A stretch of DNA of 29,486 nt from a virus. Lineage: Duplodnaviria > Caudoviricetes. This document shows, in pieces, positions 23,913 through 29,486 of the stretch. Positions within the stretch are counted from its first letter, which is position 1; each line of letters starts with the position of its first letter. The notes beneath the pieces are model-generated. The model ran no database searches, was not told where the DNA came from, and saw only the letters and a program-made list of their open reading frames with translations. The position numbers and the translations under genes were made by a program. The stretch covers positions 1 to 29,486 of IMG/VR virus record IMGVR_UViG_3300017737_000057; one strand, 5' to 3'.

Positions 23913-24119
23913 TTAATGTTTACAGTTATCACAAATACATAAATCACTATCATAATGGTGTAAATGTAATTCATCTTTACAATGACAATTACAATGACAA
24001 TTTTTACATACTTTTTTTTTTCTTTTTTTCTTTGGTTTTTCTATAACTAAATTAGCTATTTTTTCGCATACATTATCTAACCAAGTTAAAAAACTTATTA
24101 TGACTTTATCTAAAAACAT
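23913..24119 (-). CDS. Small protein with Cys/His-rich C-terminus
   Basis: CKNCHCNCHC...HLHH...CICDNCKH. Confidence 0.7.
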   Translation of the reverse strand: MFLDKVIISFLTWLDNVCEKIANLVIEKPKKKRKKKVCKNCHCNCHCKDELHLHHYDSDLCICDNCKH

Positions 24120-24120
24120 A

Positions 24121-24330
24121 TCAATCTAATATTAATGCTTTAATACTTTTTTCGCCCATATATATTTCAGTTTCTGCCATAGATTTTATACATTGATACT
24201 CTATTGATTTAGAAGCACCTCTGGAAGCCACCCTTTTACCTTTCAGACAATCGGACATAGAACTTTGAATACGATGCTCTTTTATTTCACCGTTTATTAT
24301 TAACAATAAAGCAATTACAATTTCCTGCAT
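24121..24330 (-). CDS. Small hypothetical protein with hydrophobic N-terminus
   Basis: 69 aa, Cys pair. Confidence 0.7.
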   Translation of the reverse strand: MQEIVIALLLIINGEIKEHRIQSSMSDCLKGKRVASRGASKSIEYQCIKSMAETEIYMGEKSIKALILD

Positions 24331-24699
24331 TTAATAATTCTTTCCGTTTTCTCTAACTTTATCTTTTAATTTTTCTATATCGTTTAAGGCTTTATCTAAT
24401 TGTTTTTCTATGTGAATAAGCATTACTTGATTATGTATATTCTTATCTAAAAGTTCTTGATGTTTTTCTATTGTTTCGTACAAATCCTCTAATAAAAGAA
24501 ATTGCTCTTTATCAACTGTTGTTTGTTCACTAGCTTTTAATAAATCAGCATTCATCAATTCCCTTGATGTCTCTAGTGATGTAAGTCTAGCAGTTATTTC
24601 GGTGTAAGCGAAGATGCCCATAGAAATTGCTATTATGATTCCTATCATGTTCTTGACAGGCATAGCCACCGATGTGTTCTCATTAATCTTCATAGTCAA
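24331..24699 (-). CDS. Membrane-anchored coiled-coil protein (lysis-region)
   Basis: N-terminal TM MIGIIIAISMGIFAY followed by coiled coil. Confidence 0.7.
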   Translation of the reverse strand: MTMKINENTSVAMPVKNMIGIIIAISMGIFAYTEITARLTSLETSRELMNADLLKASEQTTVDKEQFLLLEDLYETIEKHQELLDKNIHNQVMLIHIEKQLDKALNDIEKLKDKVRENGKNY

Positions 24700-25012
24700 C
24701 CATTAATAATTTTATACCTAATTTTTTTTGTTTTTTTGTAGGTGCTCTATATATTTTATATGAGCCTTTAGGTTTATTTTTTAAACATTTACCTTTTTTG
24801 TTTTTACGAAAAGTAATTGTCTTAATATCAATTAGTTCTACATTACCATTTTTGTCAACGATAACAATATCAAACGGACAACTTGGATCACAGCTTTTGG
24901 CGACATAATAGCCTTTTTTAGTAAGATTAGCTATTGTTTCGTATTCGCCAACTGTACCTTTAATAGAAGTTTTTTTTTGTCGTTCAGAGATAAGTTTTTT
25001 ATCTATTTGCAA
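24683..25012 (-). CDS. PD-(D/E)XK endonuclease (Holliday-junction-resolvase-like)
   Basis: KGTVGEY...L..KGY.V...PFDIV...LIDIKT. Confidence 0.75.
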   Translation of the reverse strand: MQIDKKLISERQKKTSIKGTVGEYETIANLTKKGYYVAKSCDPSCPFDIVIVDKNGNVELIDIKTITFRKNKKGKCLKNKPKGSYKIYRAPTKKQKKLGIKLLMVDYED

Positions 25013-25017
25013 AACAA

Positions 25018-25194
25018 TTATTTAATAAAGTAATTATAACCACTTGTTATTACTGCAGCTATTACTAATAATAACCAAACAGCACCTTTCCCTTTATTAA
25101 TATCGGCTCTTAATGAAGAAGTTTCTTGTTTTAGTTCCCTAACTTCTTTAACTAAAAAATCTATTTTAACTTCTGTTGCCGATTTTCTTGCCAT
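25018..25194 (-). CDS. Coiled-coil plus C-terminal TM microprotein, 58 aa (not in ORF track)
   Basis: MARKSATEVKIDFLVKEVRELKQETSSLRADINKGKGAVWLLLVIAAVITSGYNYFIK. Confidence 0.75.
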   Translation of the reverse strand: MARKSATEVKIDFLVKEVRELKQETSSLRADINKGKGAVWLLLVIAAVITSGYNYFIK

Positions 25195-25195
25195 G

Positions 25196-27223
25196 TTATT
25201 CTTCTTTCTTACCTTGAATCATTTGTAAGTATTCGTAAATAAATTGTCTTGTTTCCGAATCTGCGTTTGCCATAATAGTACCTAATTTTCCTATATGTTG
25301 TAAAACACCGTCCATACCTTTATTTCCTGCAATTTTAATACCTTGTGATAACCATTTAATAAAATTAGGGTTAGTCATTAGTTTGGCAGTTACATTAGCT
25401 GTACCTATAACAATTGGCAAAGATAATAAAAATTGAGGTTGCCCCATTACTGCCATACCACCACCACCTATAAATGCAAATTGACCTACTAATCTATCTG
25501 CTGTTCCGCTAGGGTTTTTAAATGTTTTACCACTTTGTCTTATAAATGAAGAAATATTAACAATATCATCTAAACCTTTAACCATTTCTTTTGTCCAACC
25601 ACTACCTGTAAATAATTCTTTTCTAGCAGCTTCAGATAATTTATTCCAATTAGTTAAAAATGTTTCGGAAGAAAATTTACCACTTGCCTCTACTACATCA
25701 CCCCCAATAGTTTGACCTGGTTGTAATCTTCCCATTCTTTCTAATAAATTAGATAAAAATACTTTATAAGAGGCTTCGCCACCTTCTGTTTTTAGAATAG
25801 ATTTTTTAACAGCTCTTATTCTTGTTACACCTTCTTTTCCGCTATTAATTAATGTTGAAGCTATTTTATCTGGATCTGCAATATTGATAATTGGTTTTAA
25901 ATAATCATCTATTCTTTTTAAACCTTTTTCATAAAATTTATTTGCATTAGTAATTGATTTTTCTGCAACAGAACCACCATATTTTTTTGCTGCTATTTTT
26001 AAATCTTCGCTTAATGCACCATAAATTAATTTTAATTGTGCTTTATCTACATCTGGAATTATGTCAAAAGAAGATAATTTAGTTCCTATTTTTTGTTTAA
26101 TTCCTTTTACCGCAGCATAAGGAAGTTGTCCTCCGTTTTTAGCAGCATCTTTTGTTAAATTTTCTAATAAGTCTGTTAAGAATTGGTTTTGGAATTGTGT
26201 ACTTGTAGCGTCAGCACCTTTTATTGGCGAAACAAGTTGTTTCAAAGTTTCTATTGTTCCACCTTTACCTGTTTTAGGATTAATTTTTCTTGTCAAATTT
26301 ATTAATGCGTCTGGTTTAATATATTTGTCAACTTTACCAAATAACACTCCTGCTCTTGAATTAAACATACCTACAAAACTTTTTGGATTATTAACTCCAT
26401 TTAAAGAGCCTAAAATTGTTTTACCTACAACAACTTCATCAGGAATTGCTTTACCTATTAAATCTTCTGCTATTGATAATGATTTTTTTCCTAGTTGATC
26501 TTGAGCTTTTAGAGCAACCGAAGAAATACGACCTGAACCTCCAGGAATATTACCTAAAACCATTTCAACTGTTTGTAATCCTCTTTTTTGTGTAACTTGT
26601 CCTAAAGAAGGTGTGACCCCAGCATCAATATAATTTTTTAATCTACTTGCTGTTTCTATACCTTTTTTTCCAAATCCAGTTATTGCACCTTTTAAAGGTT
26701 TTAAAATTAATGGTGCTACTGCTTGTCCAACAGAACCAAAAGCAAAATCGGTTGCTCTTTGAGCTGCCCATTCTTTATTTGTTCTTAATATTTCTGCACC
26801 AAATTTTTGTCCAACTCTTTCAAATAATTCCGCACCTGCAGCCATTCCAACTCCTGAACCAACTACTGCACCTGCAGCCGTTCCAGCAACAGGAACAACG
26901 CTTCCTACTGCAGCTCCTTTTACTGTACCAATCATAGAACCAACCATTTCGGTAGCTTCTTTTCCTAAATCTATTGCGTCTGCAAGATTAGTTACATTTT
27001 TATTATCTAATTGAAATTTGTTACCATCACTATCGGTAACTATAAAATTGTTTCCCTCTAAAGGAACAACATTATCATAAAATTTTTCTAGGGTAGCTAC
27101 TTTAGAAGCCATGTTTGGTGCAGCTTCTACAAGAAATCTTATTTTATTAGGAACTTCATTTAATTGTTCTAATTCCTTTTTTTGTTGTGAGGGTAAAACA
27201 CTTGTTGTTCCTAATATAGCCAT
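25196..27223 (-). CDS. Internal virion / DNA ejection protein
   Basis: 675 aa helical protein with Gly/Ala-rich hydrophobic hairpin; podovirus core-protein position. Confidence 0.65.
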   Translation of the reverse strand: MAILGTTSVLPSQQKKELEQLNEVPNKIRFLVEAAPNMASKVATLEKFYDNVVPLEGNNFIVTDSDGNKFQLDNKNVTNLADAIDLGKEATEMVGSMIGTVKGAAVGSVVPVAGTAAGAVVGSGVGMAAGAELFERVGQKFGAEILRTNKEWAAQRATDFAFGSVGQAVAPLILKPLKGAITGFGKKGIETASRLKNYIDAGVTPSLGQVTQKRGLQTVEMVLGNIPGGSGRISSVALKAQDQLGKKSLSIAEDLIGKAIPDEVVVGKTILGSLNGVNNPKSFVGMFNSRAGVLFGKVDKYIKPDALINLTRKINPKTGKGGTIETLKQLVSPIKGADATSTQFQNQFLTDLLENLTKDAAKNGGQLPYAAVKGIKQKIGTKLSSFDIIPDVDKAQLKLIYGALSEDLKIAAKKYGGSVAEKSITNANKFYEKGLKRIDDYLKPIINIADPDKIASTLINSGKEGVTRIRAVKKSILKTEGGEASYKVFLSNLLERMGRLQPGQTIGGDVVEASGKFSSETFLTNWNKLSEAARKELFTGSGWTKEMVKGLDDIVNISSFIRQSGKTFKNPSGTADRLVGQFAFIGGGGMAVMGQPQFLLSLPIVIGTANVTAKLMTNPNFIKWLSQGIKIAGNKGMDGVLQHIGKLGTIMANADSETRQFIYEYLQMIQGKKEE

Positions 27224-28320
27224 TACTTAAATCCATCAGTTACTAAAAAATCTTTACGACCAGGAATTTTAAAATAATATTTTCCATCTTTATAATCTAC
27301 TAAAACAGCACCAGCTGGTACTCTTGAAACTTTAGTAGTTTGTTCTGAACCAGGTGCACCCATTTCAACAACATTTTCATATTTAGGTCTTAAATCAGAA
27401 TCAACAAATATATTATCTATATTTAAACCTTGATTATTAGCTAGTTCTGTAAAATTCTTTCTTACATTATCTACAGCCATTTGATTTTGTTTATAAAGAT
27501 TAATACCTAAATCTTTAAACATTTCTGCTTGTTTTTCAGTTAATCTATCTCCTCTTAATAGTTTATTGTGAAGATTCCAAAATTTAGCTAAAGCACCAGA
27601 TGAATTTTCTGCTGTTGCAAATTCACCTTCTCTAACAACTGAACTTGGATCAAGCGTTTTCATAAAAGTAAATATAGCAGCAACATCTCCAGCTCCGTTA
27701 TTAGCTTCTAATCCTTGAAGTAATTTTGTAATACCTTGTGTTGATTGATCAAAGTCTTGAACAACTTTGTTAGATTGATAAGCAGTAAATAATTTATTTT
27801 CTTGATCTTGAATATTTTTTGTAAAATCTTGAATAGCTTTTTTCTTATCTTTATCTTTTTTATAAGTTTCATCTATATTTTTAAGTTCCATTTGTATTAC
27901 GCCTGTTGCAGCAGCTTGAGGAAACGCTTCAGCTAACGCTTTAAAAGGGTGGTTGTCTGGTAAAGATTCAAAATAATTTCTTTGTTTTTGTGCTAAATCT
28001 CTTGCCTTTTTATTTTCAGCCATTTTATTTTTCATTTCTTCCATTTGCATAAATTGACTTTGTAATTGTCCTGTTTGTTGTAATGCAGGTGCAAAAGAAC
28101 TAAATGGGTCTTTACCTTGTATTCCTTGTCCAATCATATTTGCCCCAAGAATTAAATTAGGATTAATATTATTAAAGCTACCAAAGAAACCTTTATTGTT
28201 ATTACTTAACAATCCATTATTAGGTGCATTATTTCTAACAATACCATCTGGGGCTACGGAATTACTTCCCATAGTTTTATTCATTAAATTTTGTCTAAAA
28301 AGTCGTTCAAAAAAGTTCAT
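27223..28320 (-). CDS. Internal virion / ejection protein
   Basis: 365 aa; GDVAAIFTFMKTLDPSSVVREGEFA motif; coupled to next gene. Confidence 0.6.
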   Translation of the reverse strand: MNFFERLFRQNLMNKTMGSNSVAPDGIVRNNAPNNGLLSNNNKGFFGSFNNINPNLILGANMIGQGIQGKDPFSSFAPALQQTGQLQSQFMQMEEMKNKMAENKKARDLAQKQRNYFESLPDNHPFKALAEAFPQAAATGVIQMELKNIDETYKKDKDKKKAIQDFTKNIQDQENKLFTAYQSNKVVQDFDQSTQGITKLLQGLEANNGAGDVAAIFTFMKTLDPSSVVREGEFATAENSSGALAKFWNLHNKLLRGDRLTEKQAEMFKDLGINLYKQNQMAVDNVRKNFTELANNQGLNIDNIFVDSDLRPKYENVVEMGAPGSEQTTKVSRVPAGAVLVDYKDGKYYFKIPGRKDFLVTDGFK

Positions 28321-28321
28321 G

Positions 28322-29485
28322 TTATATCAATCCTCTTGTTTTCAAATAGTCTATATTATAAGGGTTATTGGCTAAATTAGTAGCCGTAAAACCGCCATAG
28401 GGGGCTTGAGAATAGCCAAATTGACTAGATAGGGGGGTTAGTGTCATATTAAGATTAGCTTTAGCCTGATCGTATGCTTTTTGCACATCAGATACATTTT
28501 GCGATTGCATATTGTTAAAATAGTTATTTACCATAGAATTTTGCGGAGTTGTATTTCCTATAAGATTTGCAGCTAAAGGAGTTAATTGATTTATTGCATC
28601 TCTTTCATCTCCTCCTACATTACCTGTTAGGTAATTACCATCATATTTAAAATCTCCAGAACCATCTGGGTTATATTTTATTGTTTTACCTGTGTAACCT
28701 AAAACGCCTAACGCTTTATTATTTTTATAAGTATCGGTAACTCCTCTTATCATAGTTCCTACAATACCACCAGATTTGACAACTGTACTTAAAGGATTTT
28801 CCGACATATCTTTTGAAAAAGTTGTAGCGTTTTCGTCTATTGAAGAAGTATATTGACTATATTTTGTTTGATCTTTAATGTTGTTAAAAGCTAAATCCAA
28901 ATTTTCCATAACAAAATCTGTTTCTATATCCGATAATTTACTACCTTTTAAATCGGAATTAGATAAGGCTTGTAATTGATTTAAAGTATTTATTTTATCT
29001 TTATCGCTAACATCAGGGGAATCTAAAAATGCACCTAAATTAGCTGTTTGATATTGTTCCGTATTAATAATTCCTGGAGTTTGTTCAATATCAACTAAAC
29101 CTGTATCTTTATTATAAGTAGCGTTTGTAATTTCGCCTAATCCGTAACCTGCGTCTATTCCCACATCTCCAGAATAAGCGTCTGTTTCGTAATCAAAATT
29201 ATTAGAAACTACTCCAGGTGGTAAAACAGGATCAGGTACTACATAATTATTTCCACCGTCATTTGTAGTTGTTGTAGTCGTTGTTGGCTCACCATAATAA
29301 CCAGAACCTACATCAAATCTTGAATGTCCACTATCCGAACCTTGATTATTATTTCCACCTGTGTTTCCACTATTACCGCCAAATCCATCACTAGCATCTC
29401 CCCAACCATCAAAACTTAATATTCCAGAAGCACCTACATTTGGTTGATTATTCATTAATGAACCATGTAAATTAGCTTCTAGTAA
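28322..29485 (-). CDS. Low-complexity internal virion protein, probably 5'-truncated by window edge
   Basis: Frame stays open upstream of the track's ATG (LLEANLHGSL-MNNQP...) to the window end; G/N/T-rich. Confidence 0.65.
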   Translation of the reverse strand, partial: LLEANLHGSLMNNQPNVGASGILSFDGWGDASDGFGGNSGNTGGNNNQGSDSGHSRFDVGSGYYGEPTTTTTTTNDGGNNYVVPDPVLPPGVVSNNFDYETDAYSGDVGIDAGYGLGEITNATYNKDTGLVDIEQTPGIINTEQYQTANLGAFLDSPDVSDKDKINTLNQLQALSNSDLKGSKLSDIETDFVMENLDLAFNNIKDQTKYSQYTSSIDENATTFSKDMSENPLSTVVKSGGIVGTMIRGVTDTYKNNKALGVLGYTGKTIKYNPDGSGDFKYDGNYLTGNVGGDERDAINQLTPLAANLIGNTTPQNSMVNNYFNNMQSQNVSDVQKAYDQAKANLNMTLTPLSSQFGYSQAPYGGFTATNLANNPYNIDYLKTRGLI

Positions 29486-29486
29486 T

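Noticed and set aside
11411-26937. Nested or antisense ORFs 11411-11599, 11443-11664, 15254-15460, 17396-17614, 18697-18999, 18965-19219, 20199-20435, 22092-22295, 22987-23169, 26647-26937
   Set aside because: Fully overlap better-supported genes; no recognisable motifs
1-29486. tRNA, rRNA, IS elements, introns or inteins, diversity-generating retroelement
   Set aside because: No cloverleaf, transposase, reverse transcriptase, intein motifs or TR/VR repeat pair seen by eye

Overview
AT-rich (about 30% GC by eye) dsDNA podovirus genome segment. Gene content and order resemble marine HTVC010P-type pelagiphages of SAR11/alphaproteobacteria; this assignment is from recalled protein families, not a search. 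Minus-strand packaging/virion operon at 1-13.8 kb: terS, terL, portal, scaffold, major capsid, tail adaptor, nozzle, tail fibre. Mixed-orientation early/replication block at 13.9-21.5 kb: two DNA methyltransferases, SSAP, SSB, LexA-type and XRE HTH proteins, PD-(D/E)XK nucleases. Minus-strand lysis and internal-virion block at 21.5-29.5 kb. No DNA polymerase, helicase, integrase, tRNA or CRISPR was seen. Most notable: (i) two alphaproteobacterial SOS boxes (GTTC-N7-GTTC) plus a phage-encoded LexA DNA-binding-domain-only protein; (ii) an apparently split RecB/Cas4-like exonuclease with halves 2.6 kb apart; (iii) a motif-dense non-coding hub after terS with dif-like palindromes and three TGT-N12-ACA boxes; (iv) TACCC-N7-GGGTA iteron-like palindromes in and upstream of an HTH initiator-like gene; (v) a structured terS leader with anti-Shine-Dalgarno-like loops; (vi) YGATTCG (CcrM/GcrA-type) sites at early promoters; (vii) several micro-ORFs missing from the ORF track.
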